NCBI GenBank assembly: GCA_945862075.1
Contig: CAMAWV010000004.1
Coordinates: 1 to 51,420 of the forward strand
Origin: Rickettsia typhi
GTDB taxonomy: Bacteria; Pseudomonadota; Alphaproteobacteria; Rickettsiales; UBA1997
Length of the DNA: 51,420 nucleotides
Direction of reading: 5' to 3'
The position numbers were made by a program, and so were the translations under genes. Shown piece by piece: positions 38,614 through 48,100 of this stretch (the first letter of the stretch is position 1; each line of letters starts with the position of its first letter). The notes below the pieces were generated by a model. It searched no databases, was not told the origin of the DNA, and saw only the letters and a program-made list of their open reading frames with translations.

Positions 38614-39036
38614 TTACTGAACTTCGGTAACTAGTAAAACTTGGCTAAAACCCGCTAGGCTCAGCATTTTTATTAGGTTCATCACCTCGCCATATTCGAT
38701 GAATTTATCTGCTCTTATTAAAATTTTTTCGGATAAATTATTGTTAGTGAGTTTTTTTAATTTATTAGCTAAATTATTTTTTGAAACTTCTTCTTCTTGC
38801 ACAAACAAAGTGCCGTTTTTTTGCATTGAAACTATAATATCTTTTGATTCAACATTTTCTGCTTTTTCAATGCCATCTGGTAAATTTAGCGGAACCGAAC
38901 TAGTAAGCATAGGAGCCGCCACCATAAAAATAATTAGCAAAACCAACAAAACATCAACAAAAGGAGTGATGTTTATTTCAGAAATTGGTGCTTTTTTTTT
39001 GTGATTTTTAGAATTATTTTGTAAAGAAAAAGCCAT
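38614..39036 (-). CDS. tolR: TolR/ExbD family protein
   Basis: SEINITPFVDVLLVLLIIFMVAAPM, IRADK..YGEVM. Confidence 0.88.
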   Translation of the reverse strand: MAFSLQNNSKNHKKKAPISEINITPFVDVLLVLLIIFMVAAPMLTSSVPLNLPDGIEKAENVESKDIIVSMQKNGTLFVQEEEVSKNNLANKLKKLTNNNLSEKILIRADKFIEYGEVMNLIKMLSLAGFSQVLLVTEVQ

Positions 39037-39038
39037 TG

Positions 39039-39689
39039 TTAAGTTGAGTTTTCTTCTGATTTAATAATAAACAAACTATTTGGATTTTCATTAAATTTAA
39101 TATTATTTAAATAAACCGTAATTTTCTGCTCTAACTCGTTTTTAACTTGCATTTTTATAAATTGCCAAGGATTTTTACTAAATATTAAGGTAAATTCACC
39201 AGCATCTGGGCGATTTTTTTTGATTACCGAAACCTCAATTTCATTAGAAGTGCTGTTAATATTGGTAATTTTTATATCGGTTGCATTAAATGAAATTTTA
39301 GGCCTAGTTAAAAAAGAGGCAGGGGTTACATTAGTGCTAATACTAGATATTTCATCTAGCTCAATATCTTGGTAATGCAAAACTGGCCCATTAACCACCA
39401 CCAATATTTTTGGTTTATCTAAGTATTCGATTCGCATTTTACCTGCTTTTTTACCATTACGTGATAAATAAAATTTACCTACGGTTTTTTGATTATCAAG
39501 CTCTTGCACAAAATCAGCACTAAGATGTGTAATATTATTAAGATAGTTTTCAATTTGCAATAAATCGGCTTTATATGAAGATAAATCTAGTTTTTCATTT
39601 TCTTTAGAATTAGCATAAGCTTTGCTTGTAGCAAAATTAACAATACTTACAAAAAATAATAAACAAACAATTAAAAGATTTTTAAACAT
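39039..39689 (-). CDS. lolA: Outer-membrane lipoprotein carrier LolA family
   Basis: Signal peptide; IENYLNNI..LSADFVQ..GKFYLSR...GKMRIEY; TPASFL; start placed at MFKNLL. Confidence 0.85.
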   Translation of the reverse strand: MFKNLLIVCLLFFVSIVNFATSKAYANSKENEKLDLSSYKADLLQIENYLNNITHLSADFVQELDNQKTVGKFYLSRNGKKAGKMRIEYLDKPKILVVVNGPVLHYQDIELDEISSISTNVTPASFLTRPKISFNATDIKITNINSTSNEIEVSVIKKNRPDAGEFTLIFSKNPWQFIKMQVKNELEQKITVYLNNIKFNENPNSLFIIKSEENST

Positions 39690-40947
39690 TTTTATCGTAA
39701 TAGACATGTTCATTTACCCCGCCTTCGGTTTTATCAACAATTAATGTTATAGCACTATCGCCTGTAATATTAACAGTAGTTCTAACCATATCTAAAATAC
39801 GATCTATACCTAAAATAACCGCAATACCTTCGGATGGAATACCCACAGAATCCAAAACCATACTCATAAAAATAATTGAACCACTCGGAATGCCAGCCGC
39901 ACCAATAGAACCTAGGGTACAAGTTAAAATAAGCATTAAGTAATGCTCAAAGTGTAACTGAATACCATAAGCTTGGGCAAAAAATAAAGCACAAATACCA
40001 AGATAAATAGCGGCACCATCCATATTAATACAAACTCCGAGAGGCATTAGAAAGTTGGAATTGGTTTTAGAGACGCCCATTCTTTCTTGTAGTTGATTCA
40101 TGGCGGTAGGTAGGGTTGCTTTGCTTGCACTAGTTGAAAAGGCTAAACCTTGAGTAAAAAGAATTTTTTTATAAAAAGGAAATGGCGACATTTTACCAAA
40201 AACTGCAATTAAAACACCAAAAATAATGTATTGCACCAAGCAAGCTAAGAGCATTGTAATTATTAACTTACCAAGAGATTCCAACACTTCAAGACCTTGA
40301 TCGGCAACAGAATAAGACATATAGCCAAACACACCTAAAGGAGCTAACTTAATGATAATTTCGATACTACGAAAAAAAACTTGAGAAAAAGCATAAATTA
40401 ATTCTTTTATTGGTTTTCCTTTATCGCCAATCATATTAATGATGAGACCAATAAAAATAACAAAAACAATAATTTGCAAATATTTGTCTTCAACAATAGA
40501 TTTAAAAGGGTTAGTTGGAATTAAATCTAAAATAAAATCTTGGGCAGTTTTTTTATTTTGAGTGATTGTAGAAACTTTTTGAAAATCGGCCGAATTTTTT
40601 GATTGCGACTCAGCGACCATTTGAGAAAGGTTGATTCCTTTACCAGGCTCCATTAATTTACCTGCTACAATACCGATAACCACAGCAAACATTGCCGTTA
40701 AAATATAAGCACTAAAACCTTTTACAGCAACTCTAGTAAAATTACCTTCGCCATTAATAGAGGTTATGCCAGAGAGTAAGGCAAAAATAATTAATGGAAT
40801 TATTACCATTTTGATTAAATTCATAAAAATTGTGCCTAAAATTTTAAATGATTTAACCATTTCAATATCAAGATAGTGTTTATTACCTAAATAACCAAAC
40901 AAAACACCAGCAATTAAACCAATAAAAACTTGTTGCCACAATTTCAT
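39682..40947 (-). CDS. Dicarboxylate/amino acid:cation symporter (GltP/DAACS)
   Basis: MKLWQQVFIGL, IPTNP, AFSTASSKATLP, INMDG, GAAGIP, DRILDMVRTTVNITGD. Confidence 0.95.
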   Translation of the reverse strand: MKLWQQVFIGLIAGVLFGYLGNKHYLDIEMVKSFKILGTIFMNLIKMVIIPLIIFALLSGITSINGEGNFTRVAVKGFSAYILTAMFAVVIGIVAGKLMEPGKGINLSQMVAESQSKNSADFQKVSTITQNKKTAQDFILDLIPTNPFKSIVEDKYLQIIVFVIFIGLIINMIGDKGKPIKELIYAFSQVFFRSIEIIIKLAPLGVFGYMSYSVADQGLEVLESLGKLIITMLLACLVQYIIFGVLIAVFGKMSPFPFYKKILFTQGLAFSTSASKATLPTAMNQLQERMGVSKTNSNFLMPLGVCINMDGAAIYLGICALFFAQAYGIQLHFEHYLMLILTCTLGSIGAAGIPSGSIIFMSMVLDSVGIPSEGIAVILGIDRILDMVRTTVNITGDSAITLIVDKTEGGVNEHVYYDKNV

Positions 40948-41379
40948 AAAATTAAAATATTGAATTATTAAAATAAAAATACCCAAAATAAGCAACTAGA
41001 ATAAACTAAAATAATTTAAGATGCAAGAGGTTTTTATTATTAAAATTAAGGCTAGCAAGTAAAATATAATTAGCGATATAAAGCAGTTCCGTTATGTCTA
41101 AACTATCTTGCAAACATTATAAGAAGATTGGTTTTGTCAAGAATGGTTTTATTTTTGGTAAGTAATACTACAAATGTAAATAATCTGATGAGAAGTTTAA
41201 GTTTAGTATAAAACTTTTTAATTCTTCATAAATCATTTCTATCTGCTAAAATTGACGAACTTTTTGTAAAGCCTATTCTGTTCTAGATTACTCTAAAACT
41301 ATTGCGATATTATTTAGATCTAATAACTTTAAAATCTTGTGGATCAAGATTTAAATTTAAGAATGTTTTTATCATGATA

Positions 41380-41874
41380 TTATATTTTATATTCTGGAAT
41401 GATTATTGATTTATCTTCTTGGAATAAGATTTTATCATCTTTTTTTATTAATAGTTTCAAATCCCAAGCTCCAATTAAGGGAAAATAAATATCATAAGCA
41501 ACATAAAAACCATCTATCAATTGCAAAGTTCGATAAAAATTATACTGCGGTTTTGATTTGTTTAAAAAAATAGCCTCAATATAAGCACCTTCTATTTCAC
41601 CATCTTTTCCTGCAATAGAAATAAAAGCATTGTAGCTATTTGGCGATTTTAAAGATGCTTTAACTTCAAAATCAAGTTCATAACCCGCTTTTTTATAAGA
41701 ATCAAAGATTTTAATGGTTTTATTATATTCAACTCCTTTTAAAAAGGCATTTTCAACAATTGGGGCATTATCAAAGCGATTAGCTAAAAATAAATAGCCG
41801 ATATTTACCAATATTACCACCACAAACATTGTTAAGATAATATATAGCCAATTAATTTTTGTAGAAAGTTTCAT
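41380..41874 (-). CDS. FixH/CcoH family protein
   Basis: N-terminal TM FVVVILVNI, VENAFLKGVEYN (FixH V..Y..G..YN pattern), C-terminal P..GAWDL. Confidence 0.7.
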   Translation of the reverse strand: MKLSTKINWLYIILTMFVVVILVNIGYLFLANRFDNAPIVENAFLKGVEYNKTIKIFDSYKKAGYELDFEVKASLKSPNSYNAFISIAGKDGEIEGAYIEAIFLNKSKPQYNFYRTLQLIDGFYVAYDIYFPLIGAWDLKLLIKKDDKILFQEDKSIIIPEYKI

Positions 41875-41876
41875 TT

Positions 41877-42257
41877 TTATTGTAATTGTTTGTTAATTTT
41901 TAATAATGCATATTGCATATCTTGATTAATTTTGCTATATTGAAAATTAATTGTTGCTGATTTGGCAATAAAAATATAATCTATTTGTTGTGTTTTAAAG
42001 GTATTGCTTAGGCCGTAAAAACAACTTCGAAATCTTCTTTTAATAAGGTTTCTTTCTGTAGCTAATTTACTGGCTTTTTTTGAAACCACCAAGCCAAAAC
42101 GACAAAAAAATTTTGCTCTTTTTTTTTGATTATCGCCCCAATAAAAACTAGCAGTGGGATTTGCTATTAAGGTAAAACTATGAGTGTGAAATTTTAAAGC
42201 GGAAGAATGATTTTTTAGCTCAAAATCGGCAGATTTTTTAATGGATAAGATTTTCAT
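41877..42257 (-). CDS. rnpA: Ribonuclease P protein component
   Basis: IKKSADF, RFGLVVSKKASKLATERNLIKRRFR, DYIFIAK; downstream of rpmH. Confidence 0.9.
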   Translation of the reverse strand: MKILSIKKSADFELKNHSSALKFHTHSFTLIANPTASFYWGDNQKKRAKFFCRFGLVVSKKASKLATERNLIKRRFRSCFYGLSNTFKTQQIDYIFIAKSATINFQYSKINQDMQYALLKINKQLQ

Positions 42258-42433
42258 ATCACAAAAAATGGTGTTTTTTATCAATTCTCAATCTTGCTAT
42301 AATCGTCAGTAAACTTACATTGATATTTGGTTACAACTAGATTAATCACAGAGAGGGGTAGATTTTTTTGCTTTGTAAAAAAGATATAATAATGTTTTGA
42401 AATTAACAAATAATATTATTATAAGCTATTTTA

Positions 42434-42460
42434 TTGTAGAAAAAACTATCTTTTCTACAA
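42434..42460 (-). terminator. Hairpin downstream of rpmH
   Basis: TTGTAGAAAA / TTTTCTACAA 10-bp stem with 7-nt loop; no clear U-tract. Confidence 0.35.
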
Positions 42461-42486
42461 CTCATAACAACAACCATTTACAATAA

Positions 42487-42621
42487 TTAAACAGAAAGAA
42501 CCGTTCTGCCCTTAAACCTTCTGCGAGATAAAACTCTTCTGCCGTTAGCAGTTGCCATGCGTGAGCGAAAACCATGTCTTCTTTTTCTAACAATTTTACT
42601 AGGTTGCCAAGTTCTTTTCAT
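42487..42621 (-). CDS. rpmH: 50S ribosomal protein L34 (absent from supplied ORF track)
   Basis: Manual translation [44 protein letters not shown] (44 aa). Confidence 0.98.
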   Translation of the reverse strand: MKRTWQPSKIVRKRRHGFRSRMATANGRRVLSRRRFKGRTVLSV

Positions 42622-42643
42622 AAGAGAATTAATTTAAAATTTA

Positions 42644-42913
42644 CTATTTTTGCTCGATTTTTTTAATTGCTAAAGAAAGTCTAGATAACTTTCGCGAAGC
42701 TGTATTTAACTTAATTACTTTTTTAGTAACACCTTTTGCAATTTCTGGCTCGAGGTTTTTAAAGGCTTCAAGAGCTTTTTGTTTATCTTGGCTTTTAATT
42801 GCCAAATCTACTTTTTTAATAAAGGTTCGAATACGATTAATTCGAGAAGTATTGATAACATTTTTTCTTTCGCTCGCTCTTAATGCTTTTTGAGCTGATT
42901 TAGTATTTGCCAT
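42644..42913 (-). CDS. rpsT: 30S ribosomal protein S20
   Basis: MANTKSAQKALR...RIRTFIKK...NTASRKLSRL. Confidence 0.98.
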   Translation of the reverse strand: MANTKSAQKALRASERKNVINTSRINRIRTFIKKVDLAIKSQDKQKALEAFKNLEPEIAKGVTKKVIKLNTASRKLSRLSLAIKKIEQK

Positions 42914-43025
42914 AGTAATTAAACATAATTAAAAATTATTTTATAAAACCAAAATATGAAAGCCAAAATAAAAAATGCATTTCATAATCAAAATGAAAAC
43001 AATTATTTTAATGATTTAAAAATAA

Positions 43026-44291
43026 TTAGCAAGTAATTTTTTTTAAACCTTGTAAATAAGATTGTAAAGCTTCTGGCACATCTACCGAACCATCAGAATT
43101 TTGATAATTTTCTAAAATAGCCACCAAAGTTCGGCCCACCGCCAAAGAAGAGCCATTTAAAGTGTGAGCAAAAAAACTTTGATTATTTTGTTTGTATTTA
43201 ATATTTGCCCTTCTTGCCTGAAAATCACCACAATTAGAGCAGCTAGAAATTTCGCGGTATTTATTTTGTGAAGGCAACCACACCTCTAAATCATAGGTTT
43301 TTTGAGCACAAAAACCCATATCGCCAGTGCAAAGCAAAATTTTTCGAAACGGCAAGCCTAATTTTTGCAACACCGTGCCAGCTATTTTTGTCATTCTTTC
43401 GTGCTCTTCTTGCGAATTTTGAGCGGTAGTAATTGAAACCAGCTCAACCTTTTTAAACTGATGCTGGCGAATCATACCTTTAGTATCTTTACCTGCCGCT
43501 CCTGCTTCTTGACGAAAACACGGAGTGTAGGCTACAAATCGCATTGGCAATTGTTTAGCATCGAGAGTTTTATTTGCAACTAAATTAACCAAGGAAACTT
43601 CACTAGTAGGAATAAGCCAATAATCATCTTCGGTTTTAAAAGCTTCATCGGCAAATTTTGGCAACTGTCCCGCCTTTAACATTGCTTCAGATTTTACTAA
43701 ATTTGGCGGAGAAACCTCGCAATAACCATGGCTTAAAGCTATATCAAGCATAAAATTTGCCAAGGCTCTTTCAAGGTTTGCCAAATGGCCAGTAAGAGTA
43801 GAAAACCTAGCTCCAGACATCAGGGCAGATTGCTCAAAATCAAGCATTTTTAGGTTTTTACCAATTTCATCGTGAGCAAGTGGAGTAAAATTAAATTCTC
43901 TAATTTTACCAAAAGTTTCAACCACCATATTTTGCTCTTCGCTCGCACCTATCGGCACATCGTTTTGTGGTAAATTAGGAATTTGTAGCAGTAAATTTTC
44001 AAGCTCAAGCTCAAAATTATTTTGCTCTTGCAAGTTTTTTAGCTGTTGATTGATAGATTTTACTTCTTCTGATAATATGTTTACCTGCTGTTGATTTTGC
44101 TCTTTTTTAGCTATGGCAATATTGTTTACTATGCTATTTTTTTTTGCCTGCCAATCTTGAATTAATTGAATTTGCTGTTTTCGTTTTTGGTTTAGATCGA
44201 TAATTTGTTGGGCAGAAAAATTACTGCCTCGATTTTGCATTGCCAAATCAAAATTTTGCGGATTCTGACAAACATATTGTAAATTTATCAT
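43026..44291 (-). CDS. serS: Serine--tRNA ligase
   Basis: GQLPKF, LIPTSEV, TPCFRQEAG, RQHQFKKVE, REISSCSNCGDFQARR, HTLNGS.LAVGR. Confidence 0.98.
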   Translation of the reverse strand: MINLQYVCQNPQNFDLAMQNRGSNFSAQQIIDLNQKRKQQIQLIQDWQAKKNSIVNNIAIAKKEQNQQQVNILSEEVKSINQQLKNLQEQNNFELELENLLLQIPNLPQNDVPIGASEEQNMVVETFGKIREFNFTPLAHDEIGKNLKMLDFEQSALMSGARFSTLTGHLANLERALANFMLDIALSHGYCEVSPPNLVKSEAMLKAGQLPKFADEAFKTEDDYWLIPTSEVSLVNLVANKTLDAKQLPMRFVAYTPCFRQEAGAAGKDTKGMIRQHQFKKVELVSITTAQNSQEEHERMTKIAGTVLQKLGLPFRKILLCTGDMGFCAQKTYDLEVWLPSQNKYREISSCSNCGDFQARRANIKYKQNNQSFFAHTLNGSSLAVGRTLVAILENYQNSDGSVDVPEALQSYLQGLKKITC

Positions 44292-46048
44292 GAGATATTT
44301 ATTAAGTTAGTATCTGCATCAAACATTTTGCGATAAAAGCCATTTAAAGCCATTAACTGTTGATGACTACCATATTCGGCGATTTTGCCTTGCTGAATAA
44401 AGGCGATTTTTTGACAATTACTTAAAAAAGATAAACGATGCGCGATAGTAATTACTGTTTTATGATTGGCAAGCTGATTTATTGCCTGCATAACTAATTG
44501 TTGATTTTTATTATCGAGAGCTGAAGTTATTTCGTCAAAAAGTAATATTGGAGAATCTTTTATAATTGCTCTTGCCAAAGCAATTCGTTGCCTTTCGCCA
44601 CCAGAAATTTTGATACCTTTTTCACCTACCAAAGTGTCGAGACCATTTTCTAAAGACAAAATAAAATGAAAAGCTGGTGTGTTTTCAATTAAAGATAAAA
44701 CTTGTTGTTTAGTTATGCTTTTATTAACATAAGTAATATTTTCAAAAACTGTGCCTGAAAAAATAAAAGAATTTTGCGAAATATAAGCAAATTGCTCACG
44801 CAAAACAGCTAATGATAAAGTATTAATATTATGATTATTTAACAATATTTGCCCACTATTCACCTGTTGAAACCTCAGCAACAATTGCAAGATAGTGCTT
44901 TTACCAGAGCCACTTAAACCCACAATGCCAATTTTTTCTCCATAGGTAATGTTTAAATCTAGGTTATCTAGAATATTTTGTTTAGTATTTTCTTGATAAC
45001 AAAAACTCACTTGGCAAAAATTAATAGTAATTGGAGGATTGATTAGAATATTTTCTGATGATTGCTGATTTGACAAAGCTAAATTTGACTTAATCGCCAA
45101 AAGCTCGCCAATTTTTTTAAGAGCACCATTAGCGGTTTGCATTTGACCAGTAACCTGACTTAAACCAACCAAAGAAGTTGCTACCAAAACCGCATAAAAC
45201 AAGAAAGAAGAAAGATCGCCTGCGGTGATTTTGCTAGATAAAACATCATGTCCGCCAACTAACACAATAATTGAAACCGCTCCAAAAGAAATAGCAATAA
45301 CCAAAGCAACCAACAAAGCTTTTAGATGAATTTTTTGCAACGAAGATTGTAAAGCATTATTGCACTGCTGATTAAAATTAGCAATTTCGCGATTTTCACA
45401 TAAATATGCCTGAATGGTTTGAATACCGTTTAAACTTTCTTCAATATGTGCCGAAACAGAAGCGACAGCATTTTGAGTTTGGTAAGCAACTTTTTTTAAC
45501 ATTTTACCAATAAAAATAATCGGCACAATTGCTAATAAAATAACTAAGAAAGCCAATAAACTTAATTTAACATTAGTAAAAAACAACAATAACAAGCCAC
45601 CAATAAACAAAACCGAATTGCGTAAAAAAAACGAAATATTATTGCTGATAACACTATAAATGAGAGTGGTATCAACGGTGAGTCGAGAAATAATTTCGCC
45701 AGTTTTGGCATTAGTAAAAAAATCGGGAGAAAAAGTTAAGATATGAGAATATAATTTTTGCTTGATATCATTAACTACATTTTCAGCAACCGAATTAATA
45801 AGAAAAGAACGATAATAACCAGCAACAGCCAACACCAAAACAGCCAAAACAACAATAATTATCATTAGGTTAAGATGCGGATTTAATTTATCAAAACCAT
45901 AATCGATAAGATATTTTATAGCTCTGCCAAAAAATAAAATCATGACAGAAGTTATAAACAAAGCCAAGGAAGCTAAAAAAACTTTTTTTTTATAAGGTAA
46001 AAAATAAGGCAGTAAAGACCACAAGCCAAAAGCTTTATTCTTGCTCAT
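44288..46048 (-). CDS. ABC exporter, fused permease/ATPase (MsbA-like ABCB family)
   Basis: 6 TMs, GEIISRLTVDT, GLSGSGKST, ISGGERQR, LLFDEITSALD, IAHRLS. Confidence 0.92.
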   Translation of the reverse strand: MSKNKAFGLWSLLPYFLPYKKKVFLASLALFITSVMILFFGRAIKYLIDYGFDKLNPHLNLMIIIVVLAVLVLAVAGYYRSFLINSVAENVVNDIKQKLYSHILTFSPDFFTNAKTGEIISRLTVDTTLIYSVISNNISFFLRNSVLFIGGLLLLFFTNVKLSLLAFLVILLAIVPIIFIGKMLKKVAYQTQNAVASVSAHIEESLNGIQTIQAYLCENREIANFNQQCNNALQSSLQKIHLKALLVALVIAISFGAVSIIVLVGGHDVLSSKITAGDLSSFLFYAVLVATSLVGLSQVTGQMQTANGALKKIGELLAIKSNLALSNQQSSENILINPPITINFCQVSFCYQENTKQNILDNLDLNITYGEKIGIVGLSGSGKSTILQLLLRFQQVNSGQILLNNHNINTLSLAVLREQFAYISQNSFIFSGTVFENITYVNKSITKQQVLSLIENTPAFHFILSLENGLDTLVGEKGIKISGGERQRIALARAIIKDSPILLFDEITSALDNKNQQLVMQAINQLANHKTVITIAHRLSFLSNCQKIAFIQQGKIAEYGSHQQLMALNGFYRKMFDADTNLINIS

Positions 46049-46319
46049 TTTGTAAAATTATTTTACTGTGAGATCCGTCGCATAAAACAGGGTGAGAACT
46101 TTGTTTGCAGCCACAAAAATATAGAGTTTCATTTTTCTCGGCAATAAAAGAAATAGATTTCATGACACTAGAACCGTCTGGGTTTTTAAAAGCCTTGTGA
46201 GCGCCATCACAAAATGGTTGTTTAGCCGATAAACCACAAGAACACCAAGAGTATTTTTTTTTGGCCTCAACCTCAACGGCGATTGGCGATGTTTGTGCTA
46301 TTTTTGGTAATTTTGACAT
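46035..46319 (-). CDS. CDGSH iron-sulfur domain protein (two CDGSH motifs)
   Basis: WCSCGLSAKQPFCDGAH and FCGCKQSSHPVLCDGSH. Confidence 0.95.
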   Translation of the reverse strand: MSKLPKIAQTSPIAVEVEAKKKYSWCSCGLSAKQPFCDGAHKAFKNPDGSSVMKSISFIAEKNETLYFCGCKQSSHPVLCDGSHSKIILQNEQE

Positions 46320-46419
46320 AACATTTTGATTAATTTAAAAAGTGTGATAAAAAATTTTATCTTACCGATTTTTTTTTGCAAGAGTTGTTATATTATTTTG
46401 CAAATAATATCATCTCAAT

Positions 46420-47025
46420 TTAATTAATTATAATAAATCTTGTTTTATTTTCTTCTTTGATATTTTTTATAGGAATTTTCCACCATATTTGCCAACTCAT
46501 CGCTGGACTTATTGTTAAAAAAACACCATATTGATTTGTACAAAAATAAGAATTTCCGCCTTTTTTACCTTTTTTTTCTTGCCACATTTTGTAATTTTCT
46601 ATTTTTAAAAAATCACTTTCTAAATATATTAATTGATATGCATGAGTTTTTCCTAGCTTGCATTCGCTATCTTTGTATGGAACCGAAATTATTAAATATC
46701 TGTTTTCATTGAGAAAATTTGTTATTTGTTCTAAATCGCCCTTAAATCGCCCCAATCTATGCCCAGACAATACTAAAAAATCATTATCAACAACACCTTA
46801 TTTTATTTGCATTTCATATTGATTATTTACCGAAATATTACAACCTATATCGTGTCCATTTCCTTTCCAAATAACTTGTTCTGATTTTTTAAAATCACTT
46901 CTAATTGCTTTTGCAATTAATTCTTCTAGTTGCCAAGCTTGATAACGCCCACCCTGAAATAATTCATGAAATTTTCTTAAATCTTTTTCAAGATTTTGAA
47001 GCATTATATCTGTTAATTTATACAT
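46420..47025 (-). pseudogene. Probable type II restriction endonuclease with in-frame stop
   Basis: The 75-aa and 116-aa ORFs share one frame, separated by a single TAA at 46798-46800 (QIK*GVVD); WQLEE helix and ..QIK nuclease-like motif; starts 3 bp after the MTase stop. Confidence 0.65.
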
Positions 47026-47028
47026 ATA

Positions 47029-47907
47029 TTATTTAATTAAATCAAGCCATTTATTTGCATATTCTACATAATCAGGATTTAATTCTATTCCTAAAAATCC
47101 ACCCCTAATTCTTTTGCAACAACACATTCAGAGCCGCTACCAGCGAAGGGAATCAATACTCTTGCGTTCTTTTCATTTATACACGATAATATAAGTTTTT
47201 TCGTTAAGGCCATTGGTTTTTGTGTTGGATGTTGTAAAATCTCATGTTCTTGATGATATTTTAATTCTTTATTATTATAAAGATTATTTCCACAAGTTTT
47301 ACACATAAAATGCTTTTCACTTTTTCCAGCGCCACCTGCAAGTGCAGGAATTTTAATTACATCGCGTGGCAGAGCTCCTTTTTCATTAACATTATAAATT
47401 GTTGTTTTACTTCCGAATCTTCCTTTTGTATTTTTTCTTTCTTTACCGGCACATTTTAAATAGTTATTTGTATATGGTTCCCTTATCTGATCAATTTCCA
47501 ACTCTGGTCTTTTATTTTTCCATAAACATAATATAGATTCATATGAACGTTGCCAAAAATGAGAAGAGGGGGTTGTTTTATTTGTATAGTGCCAAACTAA
47601 TATTCTTTGTTTGTCAATGGCATATTCAACAGCTATTCTCGCAAGAATTTCGGGAAAACCATAAACATAAATCAAGCCATTTTTTTGACCATTTAATATA
47701 ATCTTGCAAATGCATTAAATCTTTATTATTACCAAAATCTTTTCCTATGTTATAGGGAGGATCTGCAATTATTGCATTAAATTTATCATTTTGATTTAAT
47801 TTTTGCAATTCTATCAAAATATCACCGCATTTTATTTGAGATACAAATTTTTGGCATTTTTTAATATCGTAAAATTTTTGGTTCTCTAGCAATGATTTAT
47901 TCTGCAT
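47029..47907 (-). pseudogene. Beta-class N4-C/N6-A DNA methyltransferase, two frameshifts
   Basis: ADPPYN, HPTQKP, PFAGSGS. One frameshift near 47665 (DLCL/IYVYGF); another in the A5 run 47093-47097, where adding one base restores FLGIELNPDYVEYANKWLDLIK*. Confidence 0.9.
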
Positions 47908-47947
47908 TTCAAAAAGGTTAATAAATTATTATTCATATTTCATGACA

Positions 47948-48100
47948 CTAGAAGCCATCTGGGTTTTTAAAGACTTTATGAGCCCCATCACAAAATGGTT
48001 GTTTAGCCGATAAACCACCAAAATACCAAGAGCATTTTTTGCCAATCTCAACCTCAACGGCAATTAGAGATTTTTGTGCGATTTTTGGTAATTTTGACAT
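47948..48100 (-). pseudogene. Decayed 5' fragment of the CDGSH gene
   Basis: MSKLPKIAQKSLIAVEVEIGKKCSWYFGGLSAKQPFCDGAHKVFKNPDGF*; WCSC ligands lost; 1-bp insertion. Confidence 0.92.

Noticed and set aside
41281-41379. oriC
   Set aside because: Only one DnaA-box-like 9-mer, no box cluster, no dnaA or hemE nearby and no evident skew change.
42258-42486. tRNA or structured ncRNA between rpmH and rnpA
   Set aside because: No cloverleaf, T-loop or other recognisable RNA motif; only a short AT-rich hairpin.
46798-46800. Stop-codon recoding or alternative genetic code
   Set aside because: TAA terminates many conserved genes normally here, and the partner MTase is also broken, so pseudogenisation is simpler.
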